DNA from: a virus
Taxonomy: Duplodnaviria; Caudoviricetes
Length of the DNA: 37,659 bases
Reading direction: 5' to 3' (one strand)
Virus record (IMG/VR): IMGVR_UViG_3300021959_000147
Location: 1 to 37,659 of that record
Shown here: positions 17,840 through 26,442 of the stretch, piece by piece
Numbering within the stretch: the first letter of the stretch is position 1
Layout of the letters: each line of letters opens with the position of its first letter
The notes under the pieces: model-generated
The model's database searches: none
Told to the model about the DNA's origin: nothing
Seen by the model: only the letters and a program-made list of their open reading frames with translations
Program-made: the position numbers and the translations under genes

Positions 17840-18628
17840 TTAGCCCGTGTAGGTGACGTTGGTGGAGGTCCTTCGGCCACGATACGTGCCGTCGCTGTTG
17901 TCTGCGTTCGGTCCAAGGTTCGAAGGCATGTAGAGTCTGCGGTCGGCCGACACGCTCGCCGCCAGACGCTGCCCGAACAACTCCATGTACCGGCCGGGAT
18001 TGTCGGTGGTGAGGTTCTCCGCGACCGCAAGGCACGAGGCGATGATTGTCTCGCCGTGCATCTGGCCGCCCGGCATCTGGGTTGCCGGCGGACGGTCGGT
18101 GAACTCGCCGACTGTCGCCACGTACTGGTAGTTCAGGGTGTACGCTTTATCCGGCGTCGGGAACAAGTGCATCTGAAACCGGCTGGGACGATCAGGCTCG
18201 CCAGACGACGCCGACTTCGGCGAGATCGCGCAAGTGTCCGGCCGGCCAGAAGAGAGTGTCTCTTGTTGCTTCCTTGCGTTGAACGCTGAGAGGCTCGTCA
18301 CCGAGATCGGGCGAGTCGCTCCATCGCTCGACGATTGGTAGCTGAGGTCGCCGACGATGCCCCCGAAGTTCTCAGGGAGGTCGTACGTCGACGTGGACGC
18401 GGTGGTGGTCAGCGTGCCTTCCGGCCGGATCCAACTCCACGTATGCGAATGAAGGTCCCCCCCGACCGGAGGCGGGCTGAGGAACTGCCTCATGCCACGG
18501 CGTACGCAGGCGTCGACATCAGCCTTCTCACGATCGGGAAGGGTTTCATAGCTCCGACCGAATTGCAGGTATCTGCAAATCTCAGATCGAAGCTCACCCA
18601 AGTTCAAGCTCAGTCCAGAATCAGGCAC
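17840..18628 (-). CDS. Head-tail adaptor, podovirus-type
   Basis: LGELRSEI N-terminal helix; TLTTTASTSTYDLPENF; HLFPTPDKAYTLNYQY; C-terminal helices. Confidence 0.7.
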   Translation of the reverse strand: MPDSGLSLNLGELRSEICRYLQFGRSYETLPDREKADVDACVRRGMRQFLSPPPVGGDLHSHTWSWIRPEGTLTTTASTSTYDLPENFGGIVGDLSYQSSSDGATRPISVTSLSAFNARKQQETLSSGRPDTCAISPKSASSGEPDRPSRFQMHLFPTPDKAYTLNYQYVATVGEFTDRPPATQMPGGQMHGETIIASCLAVAENLTTDNPGRYMELFGQRLAASVSADRRLYMPSNLGPNADNSDGTYRGRRTSTNVTYTG

Positions 18629-19121
18629 GGAGTTCCCTCACAATCTCTTCGGCGATTCGCTTGCCCTGCTCCATGCCGGCGTTGTAGGAGGACTCCTTTT
18701 CCTTCGCCTCCTTCTTCCGCGTGCCGGGCTTCTCGAAGAACAGGCCCGCCAGAAGGCCGAGTCCGCCGACGGCGAACCCGCCGAAGGGGACGCCCCCAAG
18801 GGCGGCCTCGGCGGCGCCGAGACCCGTGTTCGCCATGGCCTGAACGAACCCCAGAAGCTCCTGCCCCCGGGAGATGGACCCCGAGAACTTGTCGCTCTCG
18901 ATCTCCACGAACTGGACCCATCGGTCCCACTCATGGCCGGCGTCGGTCAGGGTGATCGACGGCGGCGTCGCAATCGATCGCTGGACCCCGCTCGGAACCT
19001 TGACCTTGATCAGGTCAGACGCCGAGCATCCGCCGGCGAGAGCACTGAACAAGACCACCACACCGATACAGGCCGCAGCCAAACCCAGCGCCGCCTTGTT
19101 GTTCTTGATCCATTCAATCAT
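18621..19121 (-). CDS. Lipoprotein with C-terminal hydrophobic segment; possible spanin-like lysis protein
   Basis: Start reassigned to ATG 19121; basic N-terminus, hydrophobic stretch, LAGG-C lipobox-like site; GGFAVGGLGLLAGLFF near C-terminus. Confidence 0.5.
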   Translation of the reverse strand: MIEWIKNNKAALGLAAACIGVVVLFSALAGGCSASDLIKVKVPSGVQRSIATPPSITLTDAGHEWDRWVQFVEIESDKFSGSISRGQELLGFVQAMANTGLGAAEAALGGVPFGGFAVGGLGLLAGLFFEKPGTRKKEAKEKESSYNAGMEQGKRIAEEIVRELRA

Positions 19122-19293
19122 TCGAGGTCTCCGTAGGATCATTTTCGGAACGAAACGGAACCAGATCATTCAGGGCGTCACGTCTTTTGCGACATCCGCA
19201 TCCCTTGCCCTTTTTCTTGGCTCGCTTTTCGACGAAAGACTTGATGCCTGTTTTCTCGGTAGCTCTCTCGATCAAATCACCTAGCCCCCGCAT
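19114..19293 (-). CDS. Small basic GLGD...CGC..R...LN phage protein (start may be TTG 19341)
   Basis: MRGLGDLIERATEKTGIK...GCGCRKRRDALN; motif pattern recalled from phage hypothetical proteins. Confidence 0.65.
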   Translation of the reverse strand: MRGLGDLIERATEKTGIKSFVEKRAKKKGKGCGCRKRRDALNDLVPFRSENDPTETSND

Positions 19294-19349
19294 GGGAGGA
19301 TTGAATTCAGGCTCTCGGCTATGACCCCCTTGATTCTGCAAAGGCTCTC

Positions 19350-20309
19350 CTAGCTGAAGGTGACAGACGTGGTGCTGGATGTGCAGACGTTTCCAATATG
19401 AGAGTTCTGATACGCCCAATCATGCCCGACACCACGGTCGTCAAATATAACGAGGCTGCTTGGAAATGACGGCCGATTGTATCCCGAGCTGGTCGGCGTC
19501 AGCACGCCTTCGTAGCCCGTCAACCCAGAAGTGCCGTTCCAAATACTTGCCTGAGGGTCTGCGTGGAAATCAGGACCCGAGGTCCACGGGTATCTGATCG
19601 GGTTGCTCACGTTGATTGACCCGTATCTTGCTGCCATCGGGGTCACACTGGGAATTGTGCCGGGAGAATGATTTGGGACGGGCTTCTGGTACACCGACTC
19701 TTGCGACGGAGAAGTCCGCAAGTCGGGAACGACGTTTCCCGAGCTGGTCGTCAAAGACGATGACCAATACAACGCGGCGCTTTGAGTAGATCCCCAATGG
19801 CTGTATCCGTTTATTGCAGCGAAAGGATCTAGGACAGTCATCTCCATTCTCATAAATGGCGTGCCGGTCGGCATTGTCGTTTGTTGCAGAACGTAATTTG
19901 TCGAGCTGGAATTCAACGTCCAAGAGTAATTCGGGGTCCCGTCGAGCTTATGAAGACCAACGTCGTCGGGAACTTGAGTCGTTCCGAATTGCGGAGTTCC
20001 GCCTACATATCTGTCTACTCGGAATTGTTCTGATCCACTCGAATATCCAGAGGGCGGATTGGTGTAAGAGATCGAGTGAGTCCCAACGACCCGGTCGTAT
20101 CTGAACACGCAGAACTTGAAATCAAAAAACATCCCCAGAGTCATCGACGTTTCGTATGAAAAAGCAGTCCCCGCCGTTGAGAAAGGCGGATGCAAAAGCT
20201 CTGCTTCAACCCTGAATGAAGAGGAGAAGCTGATGTTTGTGGGATAGTCGCTCGGCAGGCCACAGCCAAGTTCATCTGAGCAGCAACAGGCCGCCGACGA
20301 CATGCTCAA
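19350..20309 (-). CDS. S/T-rich putative virion appendage protein with N-terminal CCC (319 aa)
   Basis: Long ORF, visibly lower GC, beta-rich composition, AACCC start. Confidence 0.55.
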   Translation of the reverse strand: MSMSSAACCCSDELGCGLPSDYPTNISFSSSFRVEAELLHPPFSTAGTAFSYETSMTLGMFFDFKFCVFRYDRVVGTHSISYTNPPSGYSSGSEQFRVDRYVGGTPQFGTTQVPDDVGLHKLDGTPNYSWTLNSSSTNYVLQQTTMPTGTPFMRMEMTVLDPFAAINGYSHWGSTQSAALYWSSSLTTSSGNVVPDLRTSPSQESVYQKPVPNHSPGTIPSVTPMAARYGSINVSNPIRYPWTSGPDFHADPQASIWNGTSGLTGYEGVLTPTSSGYNRPSFPSSLVIFDDRGVGHDWAYQNSHIGNVCTSSTTSVTFS

Positions 20310-20563
20310 TCTCTGTCCTCCAGCCGGTTGACCCTCAGAACCAAGTCAGCGATCGCCTTCGAGTGGCTATCGTCCGTGACCGTGCTCATCACCTGAGCAC
20401 GGACTAGGTCGGACGCGATAGCTTTCAGCTCATCGACCGAGTCGGTGTTCTGCTGGAGAACATTGTTCGCGGCCCCGAGCGACATGAACACGCCGGCCAC
20501 CGTACAAAGAAGAATGAACCCTTGAAGCAGGTTCACGAATCTGTTCACTTCTGTTTGGCTCAC
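20306..20563 (-). CDS. Small membrane protein (one TM plus coiled coil), holin candidate
   Basis: LLQGFILLCTVAGVFMSLGAA hydrophobic segment followed by heptad-like tail. Confidence 0.55.
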   Translation of the reverse strand: MSQTEVNRFVNLLQGFILLCTVAGVFMSLGAANNVLQQNTDSVDELKAIASDLVRAQVMSTVTDDSHSKAIADLVLRVNRLEDRD

Positions 20564-20694
20564 GTCTTGTCCATCTTGTCTTTGATTTCAGCAAGGTCAC
20601 GGCGAATACCTTTCACCATGGTGTAGTAAACCAGCACCCACACGATCAGCGGAGTGAGATTGTTCTCAAGGATTGGAATGATCGAAGGTTCCAT
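20560..20694 (-). CDS. 44-aa single-TM protein, holin-like (not in ORF track)
   Basis: MEPSIIPILENNLTPLIVWVLVYYTMVKGIRRDLAEIKDKMDKT*; TGATG overlap upstream and GTGA overlap downstream. Confidence 0.7.
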   Translation of the reverse strand: MEPSIIPILENNLTPLIVWVLVYYTMVKGIRRDLAEIKDKMDKT

Positions 20695-21329
20695 CAGTCG
20701 GCTCCCGGCTCATAGGTGTCTGACCACTGACCGAACAGGATCCCTAGATCCTTCCCGTCAACGACCCCGTCGAAGTTCAAGTCTGATCGAGGCTGATCGC
20801 TCCCAAAGTCAGCCAGCAGAAGCCCCTGATCCTGAGCGTTGATGACGCCGTCTGCGTTGATGTCCGCGATCTGGTCGGCTCGACGGATCGTACAGCCCCA
20901 GTTGATGTCCTTCGTCACGGTGTCGTTTGCCGGGACCGAGAAGACGTAATCAGAGACGATCCGCTGCTTGTCGGCATCCCAGCAGAGGTCAGATCCCTGC
21001 TCGAAGATCGGGACGAAGCCATCGTCGATGCGAGTCGACATCCGGTACTGAACGTCCCGTACCCCGTTGCTGAGGTTCTGAACCTGAGCGGTGCCAGACA
21101 CGCTGAACTCGCCAACTGCTGATGTCGCAGGCCGGATGTACGTAACCATCAATGCTCGCGTCTCAGTGTTCGCTTGCGAGTTCACTTCGATCGCGTTGGT
21201 CTCGGTGCCGTCGGATTCAACGTAGGGCAAACGAGTCGTGGTCATTGGGAGAAGGCGAGGGCTGCACGGCTCCAGATCGGGAGCGTCCTGTACAGCAACA
21301 ACAGATAGGAAGAAGAGTTCAATCATCAA
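20694..21329 (-). CDS. Secreted protein with C-terminal dockerin/EF-hand-like duplicated motif
   Basis: Hydrophobic N-terminus; ADINADGVINAQDQGLLLADFG...SDLNFDGVVDGKDLGILFGQW at ~20720-20867. Confidence 0.8.
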   Translation of the reverse strand: MMIELFFLSVVAVQDAPDLEPCSPRLLPMTTTRLPYVESDGTETNAIEVNSQANTETRALMVTYIRPATSAVGEFSVSGTAQVQNLSNGVRDVQYRMSTRIDDGFVPIFEQGSDLCWDADKQRIVSDYVFSVPANDTVTKDINWGCTIRRADQIADINADGVINAQDQGLLLADFGSDQPRSDLNFDGVVDGKDLGILFGQWSDTYEPGAD

Positions 21330-21541
21330 GGATCTCCGGTGGGATCCTCGTAATCAAGAGTCAGAAGAACAGCGGCAGCAGCCTGAAGTTCAACAGCCTT
21401 TGCTTGGAACTGGGCAATCAAAGCGTCGTCAATCGAAGAACGCTGTTCGACTACCGTGTAGTACTCTGAAAGGTTGGCAAGCAACGCTTCCATCTTTGCG
21501 AGAGTCTTGAGAATTTCACCAAACGTAAGAATCGACTGCAT
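21326..21541 (-). CDS. Hypothetical helical protein (71 aa)
   Basis: Fills gap, overlaps next gene by 4 nt. Confidence 0.6.
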   Translation of the reverse strand: MQSILTFGEILKTLAKMEALLANLSEYYTVVEQRSSIDDALIAQFQAKAVELQAAAAVLLTLDYEDPTGDP

Positions 21542-21544
21542 TGT

Positions 21545-24271
21545 TTAGTCCTCGATGCGGATCAGAAAAGAGAAGGTCATGGGCGACCATGAGCCATCGT
21601 TGTATTCAGAAGTCCAAGTCGGAGCGCCCGTTGAGCCATTGCTGAAAGTGAGCAGGGAAACGGTGCTGTTCCAAGTACCCCACGTTCCCGTGTAGGTGTA
21701 TTCAGTGCCCAAGGCTAAGTTGGCGTTCTCCTTGTTCCCCTGCCTCATACGAACAGTGCAAGTGGATGAAGGCCGCCCATTGTCAAACGCGGTCTTGTTT
21801 GCAGCGGCGTTCGTGCCAGACCATTGAACGAGAAGCCGGTTGTTGCTGAACAGAAACATATAGCCGGGGTTCTTAGTGTCCTCGATCACGTCAGTCATGA
21901 GCCTTGCGTACTTCCGGCCCATGAACAACTTCGGGTTGTTGGAACTCGCACCCGCATCGCTTCGGCAGTTGTACGTTGAACCCATCTGACTGAAGACGCC
22001 CGCGAACTGAAGTCCGTCATTGACAAAGGGTGGCTTCCAGTAGCCTGCTTTCTGGCCGCCCTCTGAAGAAGTCACCAACGTGTTTCGGGTTCCGATTGGA
22101 CCTCGCCAACCACCATTAACCGGGTCCGTGGTAAATTCCTTGACGTCGAACGGAATGCCTCCGAAGCCTGTTTGATACGAGGAATTGGTTGACTTTCCGA
22201 AAGCGTGCCAGCCTCCAGAGAACGAGTAAACGTTGCTAGTCCCAATTACCGAACTATGGTTGTGATAGAAGTGATGATCAGGCATCGTTGAGTAGTTGGT
22301 ACTTCTGTTCTGGTACCCACTCGAAAGGCATCGGTCTTGAGGACTGCTGTATCCAACCAAACCGGCACTGTTAGCGGTTGCAACAAGGTTGGTTCCAGAA
22401 CCCATCGTCTCGGTCAGCGGGAATCGCTCCTTTTCACTCGAACTCGTGTTGAGTGCCGAGTCCACGAAGGTCTGGATCGCATAGGAATCCCAGTCGTAGA
22501 GAGGACCGTCGTAGTCAGACCACAGATAAACCGGACCGGGATCCCGACTCGTTACCAAACACCCAACCGGAGATGTAGCGAACGAGTTGTAGTCGAGCGT
22601 TCCGTAGATGCAATCTGCCTTCAACGAAGTCTTGGCAGACCCGTACTCAATGTTCGCTCCCTTGTCCCAAGCCTTGGTCCCTCGCTTAAACGCGAACCAC
22701 TTCACACCATTATTGTCAGCGTTGTAAGTGTTGTAGGAAGTCGTGGAGGCTTGGAACTGCATCTGTGTAGCGGATGCACGATTGAACGTCGTGAACGGGT
22801 GATCCCCGCTTGAAGCGTTCACCATGCTCGACGAGTAATTGAAGACCGAAGACCAGTCGTCGTACTGGACATCGACGTTCCCTGCTGACTGCGAATTCTG
22901 ACCTGCAACCAACGCGGTGCGGGGGTAGAACGTATCCCACTGCGGTCGGAACTCAATCTTGACAGGGACATCATCCGCCCAGCCGTCAGCATTTTCTCCG
23001 GTACCGGAGTTCTCTTCAAAGTCCGACTGCGTCATTGCCGGACCCTTCAAGATAATGTCACCGTTGCCTGTCACCTGATCCAGTTCATCGAAGACGTACT
23101 TGTTGCCGTTGATCCAGACCCACAACACCGGAATTCCATAGTCGTCAATGTAGTCCTGACCATCGGTTACGAAACTTCCGTTGGTCAGCCGCATAGTCAT
23201 GCGACCGCTAACCAACTTGATGTACTGAGCGTTTGCAAAAAGCGTTCCGGAACGAGTCCACGAAGTGTTGCTGTCCAGTGTCCACCAATTGTTTCCACTT
23301 GCCCAGAAGTTGATGGCAGTTTCCTGCGACTCCCACGGAGTGACTTCGCCGTCATAGTCAGTCCAGTTCGAGACACTAGTCCCGGGATCAGCAGACAGGT
23401 TCACGACCACAAACTCGTTGGTCATGTTCGTAGACGAGTGGAAAGCCGTAGCACCAGACTTGGAACGAACGAAGTTGTATCCGCCGCCTGATCCAGAGTA
23501 TGACGCAATAAACCAATCGCGGACAGTGGTTGATCCAGTACGTTCCCACCAGACTGCAACGTAGGGAGGAGCAGTGCTTAGAGTTCCGCTGTTGACCGTA
23601 TTGTCAACCTTCAGAAGAGTCAGTGCTGACGTGCTAGTGGACTTGACCCGACGAGGGGTGTCGTAGTTGCGGGACGCCTTGACCTCTTCGGGGTAAACGT
23701 AACCCGAAACGCTCTGGGAAGCACCAAAGTTTTCGTAAACCGTGATGCCGTCTTCGTAGACCATCCAGTCGCTCGGACCATCGTAGTCACGGAACCCTGC
23801 AATAGTTCCGGGGTCTTGAGTCAGGTACACGACAACATGCCGGGTCTTTGACGTGCTTGTAACATTCGACGATCCGGGACCGTACAGGTGGGTATACCTG
23901 TTTCCGCTTCCGGTTGTTCCGTTCCACTCGTATACGGCCCAATCCGAGAAGTCCCACACCGCAATGAACGGAGCAAACCCGGAAGTCAAGTATGCGTTCG
24001 CCGCCGCATTCCAGTGGCGGTATCCGCTGCTGACTCCGTCTTGTCTTCCGATTGCAGAATACGCAGTCGATGCCGCCAACTGGTCGACTTGCTGGGTCTC
24101 GTACGGAATCGCTTCTTCAACAAAGAAGATTCCATCGTCGTAGTCGTCCCAATCCACGCCAGATGACGCAGGCTCCCAGACGAGATCGTTGCCCTTGTAG
24201 ACCTTCAGTACGGCACTGTCGCCGAACTTCAGGTCTGCAATATCATCTGATCCAAACTTGAAGTCTGCCAT
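21545..24271 (-). CDS. Distal tail fibre / receptor-binding protein (908 aa)
   Basis: N-terminal LKFGDSAVLKVYKGNDLVW docking-type motif; S/T/G/N/aromatic-rich; lower GC; internal repeats. Confidence 0.7.
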   Translation of the reverse strand: MADFKFGSDDIADLKFGDSAVLKVYKGNDLVWEPASSGVDWDDYDDGIFFVEEAIPYETQQVDQLAASTAYSAIGRQDGVSSGYRHWNAAANAYLTSGFAPFIAVWDFSDWAVYEWNGTTGSGNRYTHLYGPGSSNVTSTSKTRHVVVYLTQDPGTIAGFRDYDGPSDWMVYEDGITVYENFGASQSVSGYVYPEEVKASRNYDTPRRVKSTSTSALTLLKVDNTVNSGTLSTAPPYVAVWWERTGSTTVRDWFIASYSGSGGGYNFVRSKSGATAFHSSTNMTNEFVVVNLSADPGTSVSNWTDYDGEVTPWESQETAINFWASGNNWWTLDSNTSWTRSGTLFANAQYIKLVSGRMTMRLTNGSFVTDGQDYIDDYGIPVLWVWINGNKYVFDELDQVTGNGDIILKGPAMTQSDFEENSGTGENADGWADDVPVKIEFRPQWDTFYPRTALVAGQNSQSAGNVDVQYDDWSSVFNYSSSMVNASSGDHPFTTFNRASATQMQFQASTTSYNTYNADNNGVKWFAFKRGTKAWDKGANIEYGSAKTSLKADCIYGTLDYNSFATSPVGCLVTSRDPGPVYLWSDYDGPLYDWDSYAIQTFVDSALNTSSSEKERFPLTETMGSGTNLVATANSAGLVGYSSPQDRCLSSGYQNRSTNYSTMPDHHFYHNHSSVIGTSNVYSFSGGWHAFGKSTNSSYQTGFGGIPFDVKEFTTDPVNGGWRGPIGTRNTLVTSSEGGQKAGYWKPPFVNDGLQFAGVFSQMGSTYNCRSDAGASSNNPKLFMGRKYARLMTDVIEDTKNPGYMFLFSNNRLLVQWSGTNAAANKTAFDNGRPSSTCTVRMRQGNKENANLALGTEYTYTGTWGTWNSTVSLLTFSNGSTGAPTWTSEYNDGSWSPMTFSFLIRIED

Positions 24272-25638
24272 TAGACAATCACATAGAGAGTGTTCGGATC
24301 ACGAGTAATCGCTGCGTACTGCGAGGAACTGCACTGAATGATTCCGGTGATCGAACCCGCGGATACGCCAGTCATCGCGGGGCTGGTGACCGGCGCAGTC
24401 AGGGCAGCCTGCGCACCAATGTCCGTAAGAACCTCGGCTGCCGTCCTGCTTTCAAGGCCGCTTGCAGTGAATCTTGCATACTCGTCATCAGCAACATCAG
24501 CAGCATCTACCTTGACGGCGTTGGTATTGGAAATTCCAAACGTCAGTGCAGCCTGCCCACCGATGTCCTCAAGCGTCTGGGCTGCTGTCCGACCTTCAAT
24601 CTTCGTGCCAGCAACCCGAAGAAAGTCGTCGTCCGCAACATTCGCATCTGCTTGCAGAATGCTGTTCGATCCGATGCCTGCGTTGTATTGCGATGCCGTG
24701 CCAAGGCTTGGCTTGCCAGACAAAGACCCGTACCCGATGGCTGTACCAGACCACGTCCCGCTGGTGATTGTCCCGACCGTGGTGATACTTCCGCTTCCAG
24801 CAACAGGAGAGAAGTCACCAGTGGCCGAGGTCGCTGCAGTTCCGAGTCCAAGATTCGTGCGAGCAGTACTTTCGCTGGTGATCTCGCTCAGGTTGTTCGA
24901 GCCGACCATGTCGCCGGTCCCGGTCCCGACGCCGATCGCCGATCGGGCTGCGGCTTGGCTCGCTGCTGCGAACACCGCCTTGCCAACAGTCGTCCCACCG
25001 AGGTTCGTTAGAGCGGTAGCCGACGAGTTGAGGTCGGCGAGGTTTTGCGACGTTTGAGCGAGGTAGTTCGTGAGACCGGAGTTCGTAATGAACTCCTGCG
25101 TGTCGTTCGACTCGACGAGGTTCTCGAAGTACTGCGGCGTCGTGTCTGCCTCGATCGTCGCGTGGTTCTTCACGCCGAGGACGGTTCGCATTCCCGCACT
25201 GTCGGATGCGTTTAAGAGAGAAGCGACATTCGCAGGAAACAACGCTGTAACGTCTGCCTTCAGACCCGCCGATGCCGCCGTGATTCTTCCTTGCTGGTCG
25301 ACCGTGAACTTCCCGACCGCGTACTCGGCGGGAGTCACCGCCGTATTCGCGATCGATATCGTCCCGCTCGTCGTGAACCCGCCGCCGCTCAGACCCGTCC
25401 CGGTATTTACCTGCGTTACCGTGCCGGTCCCGCCTCCGCTCGCGTTCACGGTGATCCTCGTGCCGTTGACCGAGGTCGTGACGTTCGTCCCGCCGATCAC
25501 GGAGAGCGTCGAAGAAACCGGCGAGCCACTTCCGCTATCGGCGGCTGGCGTGAACGCAGACCCTGCGGATCCCTGAGGCCCGGGAGCACTGATCTCTACC
25601 ACGTTCGTGACCGGGTTGATTACTACCTCGTTGGTCAT
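24271..25638 (-). CDS. Proximal tail fibre (455 aa)
   Basis: Start reassigned to ATG 25638 (ATGA overlap); GTVTQVNTGTGLSGG, TVDQQGRITAAS, NLS...ARTNLGLG repeats; C-terminal QYAAITRDPNTLYVIV. Confidence 0.8.
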   Translation of the reverse strand: MTNEVVINPVTNVVEISAPGPQGSAGSAFTPAADSGSGSPVSSTLSVIGGTNVTTSVNGTRITVNASGGGTGTVTQVNTGTGLSGGGFTTSGTISIANTAVTPAEYAVGKFTVDQQGRITAASAGLKADVTALFPANVASLLNASDSAGMRTVLGVKNHATIEADTTPQYFENLVESNDTQEFITNSGLTNYLAQTSQNLADLNSSATALTNLGGTTVGKAVFAAASQAAARSAIGVGTGTGDMVGSNNLSEITSESTARTNLGLGTAATSATGDFSPVAGSGSITTVGTITSGTWSGTAIGYGSLSGKPSLGTASQYNAGIGSNSILQADANVADDDFLRVAGTKIEGRTAAQTLEDIGGQAALTFGISNTNAVKVDAADVADDEYARFTASGLESRTAAEVLTDIGAQAALTAPVTSPAMTGVSAGSITGIIQCSSSQYAAITRDPNTLYVIV

Positions 25639-26009
25639 GATCGAGCCTCTCCATATACGTTGAACGTGCCATTCGCGAGAGTATCGACGACGCCACCTTG
25701 GCTTCTTCGGAGCTCGAAAAAGTACACGGTGGTTTTCCCGCGAAGTCCAAGGCGAGTAATTTGAGCAGGAGGCACGGTGATTGAGAACTGCCCGTTGCTC
25801 AGATTGCCACCGGCAGTCACAGCGATCTCTCCGGTGCTCGTCGACCAAACCACCTGAGAGACCGGGTCGTCATCGGAGTCACGGATGTCCATCTCGATCA
25901 ATGAGCTGGAAAGGTTCACGCCGGCCCCAGCCGAGTCCTTGTAGTGGACTGCGATGCTCAAGGTGTCGGTGAGGTATGCAGACAGACTAGTCTTTCCCGG
26001 AAACGCCAT
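25635..26009 (-). CDS. Fibre-attachment (BppU-like) protein
   Basis: GVNLSSSLIEMDIR...GQFSITVPPAQI...YFFELRR...TLANGTFNV pattern; precedes fibre. Confidence 0.6.
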   Translation of the reverse strand: MAFPGKTSLSAYLTDTLSIAVHYKDSAGAGVNLSSSLIEMDIRDSDDDPVSQVVWSTSTGEIAVTAGGNLSNGQFSITVPPAQITRLGLRGKTTVYFFELRRSQGGVVDTLANGTFNVYGEARS

Positions 26010-26442
26010 CAGTGGCCTCCTTTGGGTCGAATTCTATTTCAACTTCAGCACGAGGAGAAGACTCAAGGTCTGCGTAGTACTTGCAGCTCTCGCCTTTCCA
26101 GATGATGCAGTCATCCGTGAAGACAGAGGCATCCGTGAGGCCGTCCCTGAGAGCCTTGTCGAGGTTATCCAGATCAGGCTTCAAAGAATGAACCACCCCC
26201 TTGCGCTTCTTCAGCCTCTGGGGCCGTCGAAGGAAGAAGGTGGTTCGAATCACCACCGGCCCTGAAATTGGAAGCTCACCTTCGCCGAAGGATTCCCACG
26301 CTGCGATGCCAGCCATCGTTCGAAATGTATTCGCCGAAGAGGGCGTGTACATTCGGACACCGCCACCTACCCGGGTTGCCCGGGCTCGGGGTTGGGGCTT
26401 GGGCTCGCATTTGACGATGAATTTCCGAACAACTTGAGCCAT
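25987..26442 (-). CDS. rusA: RusA family Holliday junction resolvase (start may be 26469)
   Basis: PKPQPRAR, KPDLDNLDKALRDGL, DDCII, PRAEVEI. Confidence 0.92.
   Translation of the reverse strand: MAQVVRKFIVKCEPKPQPRARATRVGGGVRMYTPSSANTFRTMAGIAAWESFGEGELPISGPVVIRTTFFLRRPQRLKKRKGVVHSLKPDLDNLDKALRDGLTDASVFTDDCIIWKGESCKYYADLESSPRAEVEIEFDPKEATDGVSGKD

Noticed and set aside
19350-24271. Diversity-generating retroelement acting on the adhesins
   Set aside because: No reverse transcriptase and no TR/VR nucleotide repeat pair noticed
25639-25848. N-terminal extension of the 525-aa fibre ORF (likewise extensions of the ORFs called from 1647, 17370, 19169, 19419, 26921, 28384, 37214)
   Set aside because: Mostly overlap upstream genes with non-protein-like sequence; downstream ATGs have better coupling or SD
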